NCBI GenBank assembly: GCA_951406725.2
Contig: OX597828.1
Span: 24,056,001 to 24,120,000, forward strand
Direction of reading: 5' to 3'
Length of the DNA: 64,000 bases
From: Octopus vulgaris
Lineage: Eukaryota
Shown here: in pieces, positions 28,870 to 43,159 of the stretch
How the letters are laid out: each line of letters starts with the position of its first letter
How positions within the stretch are numbered: position 1 is the first letter of the stretch
Made by a program: the position numbers and the translations under genes
Notes under the pieces: model-generated
The model's input: the letters and a program-made list of their open reading frames with translations, nothing else
Databases searched by the model: none
What the model was told of the DNA's origin: nothing

Positions 28870-28960
28870 ATATTATTATTATTATCATTCAGGTCACTGC
28901 CTGGAATCGAACTCGAAATCTTGGGGTTCATATCCCGCGCTTTCAACCACAACGCCATAT
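28870..28960 (-). mobile_element. tRNA-like head within a dispersed repeat (28745-29000)
   Basis: Minus strand tggcgttgtggttgaaagcgcg...gagttcgattccaggc; the adjacent part of the repeat recurs at 29925-30060. Confidence 0.55.
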
Positions 28961-29169
28961 GCTCGTGGGCAATTATGGAGTGAATTTTAGGTCTTATAAA
29001 TCTAGTATTCTCCTATCCTTCCTTAATACCGGTTCCTATATACTGTTCATATCTCTACTTGGTCTGCTTAGGAGGTTGTTGTGCGCTTTTCGGCGGCAGG
29101 AATAAATTATAAGTACTTACTCATATTTTAGTGGGTGTTATGAAATTGTGATAAATTTACCCTAATTAA

Positions 29170-29425
29170 ACGACAGTTTTTAAGGGCCCATATCCTACTA
29201 AAATGAGACAATAACCCAGCAAGAAATGCAATGGCATGGATATCAGTTTGTGGCAAGACACCAAATGTTAGGCCAAAGAAAACCTGGATGCCCATCTCAG
29301 AAGATGGCTTGTGGAGATGTAGCACGAACTGACTTCAAGCTCCAACCCTTCCTGAAAACAGAGAATGGTGGAAGAAAATAGGGGTCTGTTGCCGTGATGC
29401 TAGAGGAACCAGATGACCAGATGAC
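29170..29425 (+). mobile_element. Decayed RTE-like LINE 3' end
   Basis: GKTPNVRPKKTW...ENREWWKK (cf. G.R..GRP..TW...DR..WR), ending in a short accagatg repeat. Confidence 0.5.
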
Positions 29426-30333
29426 TGTGTATTGTTAAACAAAGTCAAATATATTTTATATTCTCTTCAAACACCAATGAGTGTATCGCTGAAATTAGCC
29501 TTAAAAGCAACCGATTTGCGTTTAAGTATAAAATTCTACATTGTTATTGTTCCCCGAGACGTAGTTACAACAATTATATTTGAAGAACCATAGATCGCTA
29601 TAAATAACAGATCTTTCCTCAGTAATTTTAGTGTCCTTTAAAACAGGGATTTAAAACTTAGTACTACAGATTAGGTGATTGGTGCAGCGTCGAACACAAT
29701 ATTAGAAAATCATGTTCAGGTTCTGAGTTCAAATGAAGCCGCTGTTAATTTCATATTTGTTTTTGAGGTCAATAAATGAAATAACATCAAATCGTGGATG
29801 AGAAAACAATCATTACCCACCAAAATGTGTAGTTTAATAACACACCTATGAAATATAAATAATTTATGATTTGTTTCATTCATTAAAATCACCATATCTT
29901 TTTTTAATAATTGATTTGTTATTCATTTCTATATTTAAGACATGAGGAATTTTGTACATGAGTAATTATTTACATTATTTACATTATTTACATTGTTGTG
30001 TTAACAACAAACATGATGAGGACAAATAGCCGTCGAATGTAAACAATGTAAATAATGTAAATAATCTAACAAATGATTTATTATTGTTTCAATCGATGTT
30101 AGTGTCAAATAGTAAACGATTTTATCGGAACAGAAGGGTCGCAAAGTAAAATCGAAAGTTGAACAATGTTATCGCTAAATAAAGAAATACGAAACATAAT
30201 CTTCTAACGGATTAATCTGTTACTCTGTCCATTATGCTAATCACTCCAACAGCGAGAGTGGGATTAACCCAAACAGATAGACGAAGGTAAGTATCGCAAA
30301 ACCTAACGACGGAGGATTTCCATTCCCTGAGAC

Positions 30334-30366
<33 letters not shown>

Positions 30367-30703
30367 GAGAAAGAAAGAGGAAGAAATAGTTACAACATAG
30401 AAACATACATATACAGACATATACATAGACAAATAATATATGCAAACATACCCACATAAAATATACACCATACACACATACATGTATATACTTGTTCTGC
30501 GCGTGCCTGTGTCTATACATCGCTATATTATATTAACATGTAACTTCAACTATATATGTGTGTGTGTATGTTTATATGTATATGTGTGTGTGTGTGTATG
30601 TATGTATGTTTATATATGTATGTGTGTATGTATGTATGTTTATATATATATGCATATATGTGTGTGTGTATGTATGTTTATATACATATGTGTGTGTATG
30701 TAC

Positions 30704-30741
<38 letters not shown>

Positions 30742-31385
30742 GTATGTATGCATGTATGTATGAAAGGCAAATCAATGATAAGAGCAAAAACAAAAACAAC
30801 AAAATCGAAAAGGACCTACAAAGTGAGTGTAATGGTTTGCCGCTTCAAAATAGTGAGGCAGAGAATGAGTAATTATTCGAAAATATCAGAAATCTGATCG
30901 TTTAAAGGTGATTTGAAGCCTAATAACTCTTCTCTTTTTTTTCTTCTATCTTTTGCTATTGAGTCAATATAAACAGAGTTTGCAGAATTGGATTCCTCTC
31001 TTAGAAATATTTGAAGTGCAGACAGAGCCAAAACCATAATTCTACCATTAAGAAAATAAACCTGCAATGAAACCTTTGTCTGTCTCTTTGCCTACCATTT
31101 TTTAAACTAATAATTTTATTATATTTTGGCTTGACTTACGAAGCCATAATTTTTAGTTTGAATGCCCCAAAATATAGCGGTGCACTGGTGATCTATCTGG
31201 ACTAAAACCTAATTAATTCGGAAAATAATTAGATAAGATAGACAGTACATACTGTAAATGAGTGGCAGGGAACTTTTAAGCGCTGACGCTGACATTAAGT
31301 ATGAAATGTAACCGCTGCTGCGGGTGAATGATGTGTATACATACATACATACATATATATATATATATATGTGTGTGTGTATATA

Positions 31386-31437
<52 letters not shown>

Positions 31438-31459
31438 CATGCATATATATACTTCCTCT

Positions 31460-31705
31460 AGAGGTCTCTTTTTATCGAACCGCTAAGTTACGGGAACGTA
31501 AACACACGAGCACCGGTTGTCAATCGTTGGTGGGGAGAAACACAGGCACGAAGACACACACACACACATGAACATATGCGATGCGATGGGCTTCTTTCAG
31601 TTTCCGTCTACCAAATCCACTTGCAAGGCTTTGGTCGGCCCAAGGGGATAGTAGAAAACACTTGCCGAAGGTGAGTGGGAAGCAGGCTCCTTACCATGCA
31701 GCCAC
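31460..31705 (-). mobile_element. CORE-like SINE with internal deletions
   Basis: Reverse-complement homology to 20785-21255. Confidence 0.75.
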
Positions 31706-31919
31706 GCATGACATATACGTATGTATGCACAAATACATACATGTACACACACACACACTCACAAACACACACACATACACACACGCACACATATGTATTC
31801 CCTGACACAGAAGGAGGAGCGATTGACAGACGTGCATAACATTTTTTTCTGTTACTTCTTATAGTTGTTGATATACAGCTATGTTGGAGCGCCCCCAGCG
31901 GGTGTGTACTTTAAGAAAT

Positions 31920-32080
31920 TCGTCTCGGGGCAATTACCCCCTAGGGCACTTACACTCCACCCTAATGGGCAATTACCCCTTCTCTAATATATTAAGAAGT
32001 TTTAAATCATCAGCTGTTGTCCTAAGGGGTATTTGTCCTGGGGGCTATTTTCCAGGTGGTGGGGTAAATGTCCCAGACTC
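31920..32080. mobile_element. MITE-like non-autonomous DNA element
   Basis: Imperfect TIRs gtctcggggcaattacccc / ggggtaaatgtcccagac, internal ggcaattacccc repeats, flanking direct repeat aagaaat (31913-31919, 32081-32087). Confidence 0.65.
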
Positions 32081-32191
32081 AAGAAATCCACCCAGTATTC
32101 ATTGTTTAAAACCTGGTACTTATTCTATTGGAGACCTTTTTGCCGAATATGTATCAGGAGAGATTGATTCATACATCGATTGATTTACATC

Positions 32192-32670
<479 letters not shown>

Positions 32671-32699
32671 ATAAATATCTGTAAGCATGTATATGTATG

Positions 32700-32733
<34 letters not shown>

Positions 32734-33553
32734 TCAGTGTGTATGTGTGTGTGTATGTATGTGTGTGCCTGCGTTTATGTCAGTGTGTGTGTGTGTGTGA
32801 ATTTATGTTTTATGAGGCGTGTGCTGTTTAGAATGCATAACCGTAAACTATGATGAAATGAATTTCCCGGAATACCTTTCGGATTGTGGCTTTAATGAAA
32901 TCTGAACGCCGTATGATAAAACATTTGCAGTAAGACCACCTCTCCACAACCTCCACTCTGTTCTACCTCAATCAATACAAAGCCACGTTGTTGAATTATA
33001 TTCATGTATGTTTTCCTCTTTTATACCATTATATGTGTAACGCCTGCCTCATGTTCCTGCTTCAGTCCTGTTTGACGTAAATTTGTATTTGACCTATACA
33101 TATCAAATTTGATACATAAGTCTCTGTCTCTTCGTTCAAAAAGCCATAAACTACGACGTCTTTATTTGCTGTAGCTGTCATGTCAATTTTAGGCTTTTTT
33201 GTTGTTGTTTTATATATGATTGTAAGATTTTGTAAGTTTTGTTTTCTGTTTGTTCCTACAGTGTGTTGGCTTGCTTTTTAGGTAGGTATATGGCTTCCCT
33301 ATTTTCAAAAATATAAATATGTCTGCAATAAATATCGCGGATGTTTACTATCAGAAAGAAATGTGGAAGCCATGTTAATTGGTAAAATATAAATCAAATA
33401 TGAAAACACACATGTATACATACATTCAAACGTGCGAGCGCACACACACAAACACATACATACTTATACGTATACATATATATGTATACATTAATACATG
33501 CATTACAATATCACATAGGCTTGTGTATTTCTTCGTTTCTTAGTGATATATAA

Positions 33554-33616
<63 letters not shown>

Positions 33617-34027
33617 AAATAATTTGGGAAAACGAATTTCCAAATCAATCAAGTACAACCCTTCAGCATTACATGCATCTCCATATCGTACCTTGGGCTC
33701 TTATTTATCATATATGTATATATTTATCTAGAGATATACAAAGTATCTCATAAAAGTTTTTGGGGGATTAATAGATATGCGGGTATTCTATTTCAGATAA
33801 TACAAAAAAAAACAAACCTAATGAGTATATTTGAAAGTAAACTCATAGTATCCATTTGCACATCACGAAATAATAATTTAAAGGACATAACATTATAACA
33901 GCAGGGTATATACTATACTTCCTTAATTATTTCCTACTATAGTTAACACTTAACTTAATTCCTTATGAAGGAATTACACCCGCTTATCTATTAATCCTCC
34001 AAAATTGAATTACATATATATATATCT

Positions 34028-34249
34028 GTAAAATAACATGTGACAATTATTCAATAGCCAAGATAAAACTCTGAGTTTCGGATGCCGAAGTGGAAATCCA
34101 CAACACCATCTCTTCGGTTATCTGGCCATCTGAAAAACGTTTTTCAGATGGCCAGATAACCGAAGAGATGGTGTTGTGGATTTCCACTTCGGCATCCGAA
34201 ACTCAGAGCTTTTTCTTGGCTATTGAATAATTGCCACATATTATTTTAC
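34028..34249. ncRNA. Spacerless 222-bp palindrome, each arm carrying a CCGAAGA-variant hammerhead
   Basis: Centre aaaaacgttttt (34138/34139); each arm reads agataa-CCGAAGA-gatg...gtggatttccac...catc-c-GAAA-ctcaga-GTT-ttatct (best on the minus arm). Confidence 0.8.
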
Positions 34250-34375
34250 TGATAAATTTCCTCCATTTACCTAATATTGAGGTCTCTTTCTTTCTTTTGT
34301 TATGTTACCGTTTTTACCAATATATATGTATATATTCAGAGGTAGAGAGAGAGGCAAACAGATAGACAGATAGAC

Positions 34376-34408
<33 letters not shown>

Positions 34409-34684
34409 CAAACATACATACATACATACATACATACATACATACATACATACATACATACATACATACATACATACATGCAAGTGTACCTGGGTGAGCA
34501 CATCAGGAAGGGCCACTAAGTACACTGGCTCCAGGCAAAGTTTAGTGGGCTTACTAGTTAGGGTTCGGTGATGAGATTAAGAAACTTTAAGTTGTATGGA
34601 ACCAAATAAAACATTTATTAACGATACTGCATACATATACATACTCACAGGAAAACACTTATATACGTAATACGTACATATATG

Positions 34685-34739
<55 letters not shown>

Positions 34740-35179
34740 ATATAAAAATAACAGGAACCAAGAGGTGGAACGAAACGACGAATCGGTACGAACCTGACGC
34801 GGGGCGCTGTCAGACAATAATGTGATAAATAAAAATATATGCATACATACAAACATATATGTACGTACCTACATTTACATGTATATATACATGCATATAT
34901 AAATAATTATACGTGAGTACAGGACACCACAATAAGACGTGGAAACGGGAAAAACAAAAAAACAAGAAAACGAAAAAACAAAAAACAAGAAAACGAAAAA
35001 AACAGTTACAGGACGTGCTACACAAGGAAAAATCCCTCGTCATCAGCTGTCGCCAGTAGAGTCAAGCATGTTTCGAAGGCAGAGACAGAACATTAATCCA
35101 CAAGGCCTTCCTGCGAGAGAATTAAAATAAAATTCCAAGCAGCGGGGCAAAATGAGTACGAACACAAACAGGACGTAAC

Positions 35180-35454
35180 AATAACTGCAAAATTAAAAAT
35201 ACAAGTACAAAAAATACAAATAATTACAAAACGAGAAATTAAAAAGAGAATACGATACAGGAAATCAAACACACAAGAGGACGAACGAAAAAGCCTTTTT
35301 TTTCTGGCATAGACAAACAATAAAACTGCAAAAATAAAAATACATGTACAAAAAATACAAAAAATTACAAAACGAGAAAATTAAAAGAGAATACGATACA
35401 GGAAATCAAACACACAAGAGGACGAACGGAAAAGCCTTTTTTTCTGGCATAGAC
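35180..35454. repeat. Tandem duplication, period about 140 bp
   Basis: aactgcaaaa...aaaagagaatacgatacaggaaatcaaacacacaagaggacgaacg...ctggcatagac occurs twice. Confidence 0.9.
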
Positions 35455-36769
35455 GAAGGATACTGTGGCAGCGCGTGGAAGGCAGTCTTTTCAGTATATA
35501 TATATATTTATAATTGTATCTATCTATCTATCTTTCTATATATCTAGCTATATATATATATGTATATATATATACATATGTTTGTGTGTGTGTGTGTGTG
35601 TAAATACACAGCTTTTCAGGACAATTTACAAATATGTATGTACAGTTGTTGATATATTTAAATATAGTTGTATATTATCTAAGCTGAAACTGGCCAGGAA
35701 ACAAAAATAACATATATATAAATATATGTATGTATGTATCTATATATCGATATAGATATAGATAGATAAATAGAGAGAGAGAGAGAGAGAAAGAAAGAAA
35801 GGAAGAAAGAGAGAAAGAGAGAATGAAAGAGAGAAAGAAAGAAAGAGAGAAAGAGAGAAAGAAAGAAATAAAGAGGGAGAGAAAGGAGAGGATATGTTTC
35901 TTTATTAGCCACGCAGGGCTGCACACAGACAGAACAAATTACAAGGTAGAGCTTTTCTTATGGGGGTAAAAAAAAGGGGGTTGGTTTTCGATCAAAAGGA
36001 ATCGTAAAAGGAAAGAAAGAGGACCAAAAAAAGGGGAGGATTTTAAAAAAGGGGGGGAGGGAGAGGGAAAAAAAGAAAAGGGGAGAGGAAAAAAAAAAGG
36101 AGAGGATAGACATCCCCTCAAACAACAATTTGAACCGTTGCTCTCATTACCTGTTATTTTTGCATTCCAGTCAGTTGAAGGTTAAATATATATACCTGTG
36201 TTGAAGTCTATCAAAAGCTGTAGCTTCGAAACTACTGACTGCAAATATTTTGCGTTTCGATAACTTTCAACCAAATACATACATTTGCAAGACAGCTCAC
36301 CTACAATATTGTTAGTTCCGATTTGATTGTTGCACACAAATATATCAAACCTGTTATGCTTGCATTCGAAGAGTATCATGTTGGGAACATAGTTCAAATA
36401 TTCCTTGTGTTGAGGTGAATGTATGTAGTACACAACACAAATATTTTTTCTGTAATTAACTCGGGTATGTCTTTCATTTTCAAACTCATGCCAGTTTTGT
36501 ATTTGAGCAGCAACATTATAATGGTGCATTGGAAGATAATAATTCAAAGATATTCTGGGACACCTACTGTGTGACTATTTAATTCTATCAGCATATATGT
36601 TTAATCGTGTAAATGTATATGTGAGTAACATTAATCCACACCCACACACACAAGCACACACATAAACACATACATACGTGCTTGTCGACTTTACGTTCGA
36701 CTAACAACATGAGGCTTTGAAAGATATTAACATATCTTGATATATGATCTATCTATCTGTCTCTCTGGC

Positions 36770-36856
<87 letters not shown>

Positions 36857-36881
36857 CTCTGTCTATCTATCTATCTATCTA

Positions 36882-36945
<64 letters not shown>

Positions 36946-37089
36946 TCTATCTATATATATATATATACAAATATTTCTGTGTGTATATGTATACATATAT
37001 ATATATATACATATATGCATGCCTATGTATGTGTCTGTGTGCACGTGACTGTTTGTGTGAGTGTGTGTTTGTGTGTGTGTGTACATGTG

Positions 37090-37135
<46 letters not shown>

Positions 37136-37634
37136 TGTGTGTGTGTGCTTGTTTAGGTATGTTTGTGCTCCAGTGTCACTGTCAAGGTATGCGGGATTAT
37201 TTTTGAAGGTGTTATTTTCTGTTTTATTGACAAACCTATTGCCAAATGCAAGCCAATCATATTCTCCTAGATTCATATTTTCCCAAACATATCTATGTCT
37301 ACATCATGAAGTAATTATTTTTTATTTTCATTTCATTCTTCGAGCAAAACAAGTAAGATTTGGTTGTTATGTGGTTGCCATTTCTATTTTTTTGATTTTT
37401 GTAGATAAAATGTTTAGGTGAGTTTTTATTAACATGCTGTATAGATATGTTCATTATAGTCTTGATCTCGGAATCTTTCTACTTTGGCAGAATGAATATA
37501 TTCGATAAATCTTATTAAAATTAGATAAGTTGTGGGATGTTTTACATCATAGTTTTGGGAACCATACATCACGATACGTTTCTTAAGTCATATGAATTAA
37601 CATATATGTTAAGGCCATTGTTACATCTATGTGA

Positions 37635-38590
37635 AATAAACCGGAAACTAAATCGCTAATCATAGCCGCTCAGGAATATGTCATGAGTACGAATTTGATA
37701 AAGGCAAAGATTGATAAAAATCAATCGGAGAGCAAAGGCAGTATCTGTGGAAAAATGACGCAATTATTAACTATCTATTAAATGAATTGAGTAGACTAGC
37801 ATAAAAAATATTATATACGTTGGCATAACTGTGTAGGTGAAACTGTGTAGGTATTGATATATGAACTGAGTGGATTCAAAGTGATTGAAGACTAGCATGA
37901 ACTCGAGCGAAATGTTGCAATGAGAAACAATTATTAGAGGATTTTATGGGATTTTTCCATTAAGACAAAAGGTCAAATATCATTTTAAAGATCAAAACTA
38001 ACTTCGCAACAGCATCGATTTTGTAATATCACATGTTAATAGATTGTACACCGAAGCATATATCAGGATGTAGCTTGAAGGATAAAGAGATTGTAGAAAG
38101 CACAGGTGATAATTGTGACGATTGGTACGCTTAGAACTATACCTATTTCTTTATTACCCACTACGGGCTAAACACAGAGGGGACAAACAAGGACAGACAT
38201 AGGTATTAAGTCGATTACATCGACCCCAGTGTGTAACTGGTACTTTATTTATCGACCCCGAAAGGATGAAAGGCAAAGTCGACCTCGGCAGAATTTGAAC
38301 TCACAACGTAACGCAAACGAAATACCGCTAAGCATTTCGCCCGGCGTGCTAACGTTTCTGCCAGCTCGCCGCCTTACACTTAGAACTATACCGAAACCAC
38401 TCTTGAAAAAGCAAAAGAATTTTGGAATGGGGATTCACACCGTCGGCCCACGGTAATATGCTACCGTATATTCTGCAAAAATCTCAAATACAGTTCTTCA
38501 GAGTTGAAGAGACTTGTTTCACCAAACATCATGGACAACATCCCTGCTATCTAACGCAGAATGTAATAGCTTTAATAATAAAATTATAAT
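37635..38590 (+). mobile_element. Old R4/Dong-clade LINE remnant (zinc knuckle plus RLE), interrupted by a SINE
   Basis: KPETKSLIIAAQE...TNLIKAKIDKNQSESKGSICGK, ILWDFSIKT (37941) and VIIVTIGTLRTIPK read across the SINE; multiple stops and frameshifts. Confidence 0.8.
38144..38378 (-). mobile_element. Meta-domain SINE monomer with TSD
   Basis: cttagaactatacc at 38130-38143 and 38379-38392; intact head aaggcggcgagctggcagaaacgttagc. Confidence 0.92.
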
Positions 38591-38623
38591 TCTTCCTGTC
38601 ACTCCATTAGTAAGTTAGCCCGT

Positions 38624-39018
38624 AGTGGAGGCGCAATGGCCCAGTGGTTAGGGCAGCGGACTCGCGGTCGGAGGATCGCGGTTTCGATTCCCAGACCGGG
38701 CGTTGTGTGTGTTTATTGAGCGAAAACACCTAAAGCCCCACGAGGCTCCGGCAGGGGGTGGTGGCGACCCCTGTTGTACTCTTTCGCCTCAACTTTATCT
38801 CACTCCACTCTTACTTCCTGTTTCTGTTGTACCTGTATTTCAAGGGGCCGGCCTTGTCACTCTCTGTGTCACGCTGAATATCCCGGAGAACTACGTTAAG
38901 GGTGCACGTGTCTGTGGAGTGCTCAGCCACTTACACGTTAATTTCACGAGCAGGCTGTTCCAATGATTCGGATCAACAGGAACCCTCATCGTCGTAACCG
39001 ACAGAGTGCTTCCATCCC
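38624..39018 (+). mobile_element. Full-length tRNA(Arg-like)-derived SINE with TSD
   Basis: A box tggcccagtgg, B box ggtttcgattccc; TSD aagttagcccgt at 38612-38623 and 39019-39030. Confidence 0.92.
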
Positions 39019-39737
39019 AAGTTAGCCCGTGCTTTATGCTCTATCCGTTTACCACTCCTGTTAATTGAATCAAGTTAAAACATGCGTTAGTGGTAACGGC
39101 CTAGGAACACAGAAAATACATTGAGCATTATTTAATGATTAGTAAACGAACATAAAGGAAATTTCTAGTTTGTAATTTATTGCATTTGTGACTTGTTAGT
39201 TTGCTCATATTTTCCTGGCTAACCTTTTTATTGGTAGCTTAGTTTGGATGGCTATAATAAATTACTATATGTCACAATTTCTGGATTTTAGTGTACGTGT
39301 ACCATACATTCATATTTACATTACTTTCATGTAAGCTATGTGTTTTATGTGATTGCATGTATTTCTTTACATAAGAACATCATATATTAATACTATGTTA
39401 TTGCTTCTCTGTTTAATAAACCAAGTCAATTGTCACTTTCGATTTCATCCACTCAGATCATAAGCATTTGTTAATGACAGGGAAGGTGTTTGAACACAAA
39501 TTGATTTAGGCGCAATGAAACTTCATCATGAAATATTTTTTCACGAAAAAATATACTACAAGTATTTATTTCACAGTTATGCACGGAACAGAAATTATTG
39601 CTGTGTTTCATGTGCTACTTTGAAATAACGCTTTCAGTGCCATCCACTTCGTAGCTGCGGAAATTACTTTTTAATAGAAAAGATAATAAGCAGAGGTAGC
39701 TTACAAGTGGAATGAGAATGACAATAATAATAATAAT

Positions 39738-40179
39738 TCTGCTCAATACCACAGATTTGCTTGTCAGTTGTTTGACTTTAACCAGTTGAGCATGTCTCTT
39801 AGTGGCTGACGATATGTGCATCTCTCATCACGAGCAGAAGTAGTGGGGGAGCATCATAGCCATGTGTTGAGAGGGATTCTTTGGGGTTTGAATAATTCAC
39901 CTCTGTAAACATGGGTAGTTCGTTCAACATCCTTAAACAACCCTTATTCAGGGACCTTTCGAGTGGGATGGGTTACTCGACCTGAAGAAAATTCTAACTG
40001 GGCCCCACCTGCAAGGCCATGTGCTGTTTATTTTGATATGAGATCACCAATTCGCGCACATATGGTTGTGATGCATGTGCCTAGTGTACCCTTATCAGAC
40101 GGGTAGTCATGATGGGTATACTGGGCTTCGTATATTTTACCCCAATATCACTTTGATGGCATGCAATGCTCTCTCATTC

Positions 40180-40180
<1 letters not shown>
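39738..40180. mobile_element. ~440-bp non-coding element bounded by (AAT)n
   Basis: GC-richer block with sharp borders against AAT tracts on both sides; no A/B box and no plausible ORF. Confidence 0.5.
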
Positions 40181-40242
<62 letters not shown>

Positions 40243-40243
<1 letters not shown>

Positions 40244-40650
40244 TATCTGGCCCAGTAGGCCAGATACAATTGTCAGAGATCCTGAAGAAAAAAATGCTTT
40301 CTAATTGGTGTATCAATACCAGCGGGTGACAACGTTTCTCTAAAATAAATGGAGAAACTTTCAAAATACAAAGACCTGGGAATAGAGGTAATTCGAATGT
40401 GGAATCTAAAAGCAGAAACAATTCCTATCATAGTAGGCTTCATTAGGTATGATAAAACAAATACATAACAAAAACACCAGTACTTACAAGTATACATAAC
40501 ATACAGAAAATAGCACTACTAGGCACCGCACACATCCTACGCAAAATACTTTCAATACAGTAACCATAAGAGCATCACAGCAAACCACAGCACATACCCA
40601 AGGCACACAGAGCTGCGCTCGGTGGTGAAGTGAAAGCACGCCATAAAAAA
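40243..40650 (+). mobile_element. Third R4/Dong RLE plus 3' UTR copy, in (AAT)n
   Basis: Colinear with about 6530-6940, with stops and indels; AAT repeats on both sides. Confidence 0.9.
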
Positions 40651-40664
40651 AATAATAATAATAA

Positions 40665-41093
40665 ATATTTCTGCTCTAGGCATAAGTCCTGGAAATTTGA
40701 AAGAGGAAATCGGACGATGGTATCGATCCCAGTGCGCAGGTGATATTTATTTCATCAACACTGAACTGAAAGCATGAAAGGCAAAATCAATCTCTGCGGC
40801 ATTTGAACTGAGACGTAAGTAGCCGAAGCAAATGCCGCAAAACATTTTCCACCATTCTGTAACGACAACAACAACAAAAACAGCAATAATATTTTCTATC
40901 GGAAATACAAGGGATTGAGTCGATTACATCGACCCCAGTGCGTAACTGGTACTTATTTAATCGATCTCCCTCCACACAAAGGATGAAAGGCAAAGTCGAC
41001 CACGGCGGAATTTGAACGCAGAACGTAGCGACAGGCGAAATGCCACTAAGCATTTCGTCCAGCGCGCTAACAATTCTGCCAGCTCGCAGCCTT
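40665..41093 (-). mobile_element. Two tandem Meta-domain SINEs
   Basis: Cores atgaaaggcaaa...gcatttgaact (40775) and ggatgaaaggcaaagtcgaccacggcggaatttgaac (40981). Confidence 0.85.
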
Positions 41094-41130
41094 AACAACA
41101 ACAACGACGACGGCGATAATAATAATAACG

Positions 41131-41697
<567 letters not shown>

Positions 41698-41704
41698 TAT
41701 GATG

Positions 41705-41757
<53 letters not shown>

Positions 41758-42448
41758 GTATTATTTTGAAATTCAGCTAATCACAAATGTATAAATGTAT
41801 GTCCACGTAACGTAACTGACATTCACTGTGCGAAGTTAGATCGATTTAGATTGCATTTTGATAAAGTACATGTTTAGTTGGTTCTCAGGAGAATATACGA
41901 TGCACCAATGCACGTGACAACGTAAGACGTAGCAATGGATATTATTATCGGTCGATAAACGTGGAATAACGAATCTGGAAGATGACAGAATTGTCAGTGG
42001 TGTTCTCTGTGTGTCTTGTATTGTTTTGACGTTACTGAAATATTCACGAAACATTGGATTGGAGGATGTTTTACACAAATATACATGCAGTAAACGTATC
42101 TGCGTACACTCAATGCTAGAAAACATTAAATCAGGTATACACAGATGTATAACTCACATACAAACATACATGGCTATCCTTTGTCCTGTTTATAATTATA
42201 CCATGTTACATATTTATCATATCATTCCTTGATACTGTGTGCACTAAGATCCCCGGTATAGAGTGTTAAACATTTTGGTATGCAAATTAGGGATTCCTTC
42301 ATAGAGTAGCTGCTGCATTTGTTTAGTATATAAACAGTTTAGCTGATGCTCTCTGGACATACTCAGAATGATGTGGGCGCCTCCTGATGATAACCGAAGA
42401 TTCTCATACCATGTATTACATACATTCATGTGTATAAATATATCTACC

Positions 42449-42497
<49 letters not shown>

Positions 42498-42570
42498 GTA
42501 TATATATATTTGCAGAAGGATTTTATTTTCAATAAGTTAAGATTAAGAAAAATATTAGAAATAGTAGAAA

Positions 42571-42985
42571 GTGGTAAGCTTGCAGAAACGTTAGCACGCC
42601 GGGCGAAATGCTTAGCTGTATTTCGTCTACCGTTACGTTCTGAGTTCAAATTCCACCGAAGTCGACTTTGCCTTTCATCCTTTCAGGATCGATAAATTAA
42701 GTACCAGTTATGCACTGAGGTTGATCTATCGACTTAATCCCATTGTCTATCCTTGTTTATCCCCTATATATTTAGCCCCTTGTGGGAAATAAAGAAATTA
42801 GGAACATTAGCACGCCGGGTGAAATGCTTAGCTGTATTTCGTCTGTTTTCACGTTCTGATTTCAAATTACCCGGAGGTCTCCTTTGCTTTTTATCCTTTC
42901 GGGGTCGATAAATTAAGTACTTGTTGCGTATCTAATTGACTGGCTCCTCCCCCAAAATTTTGTGGCTTGTGCCTAGAGTCGAAAT
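42571..42985 (+). mobile_element. Dimeric Meta-domain SINE
   Basis: Two monomers; the second starts near 42800. Confidence 0.88.
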
Positions 42986-43159
42986 GTTTATTGTACTTCG
43001 TAATCTAGTATCACAAAATTTGACCATCGCTAATGGTACGTGCCATGGTGTTACCAGCACATATATATTAGCTCCATACGTTCTTTCCAATTGCGTTCAT
43101 ACTGCGGCCGCAATGATTTCTGAGCGAACACTCCACTGCAAATTATGTCACCTAAATTA

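Noticed and set aside
35030-35115. Minus-strand GAAAC and CTGATGA close together
   Set aside because: Order and pairing do not build a closed hammerhead.
36182-36547. 121-aa minus ORF with faint Helitron RepHel resemblance
   Set aside because: Only vague motif echoes; cannot be supported without a profile search.
38627-38700. tRNA-Arg gene (also 45093, 59323, 27431)
   Set aside because: No proper acceptor stem or terminator; each continues into a SINE body, in one case with a clear TSD.
41836-42260. Possible hAT transposase or cysteine protease remnant
   Set aside because: Motifs too weak and contradictory between strands.
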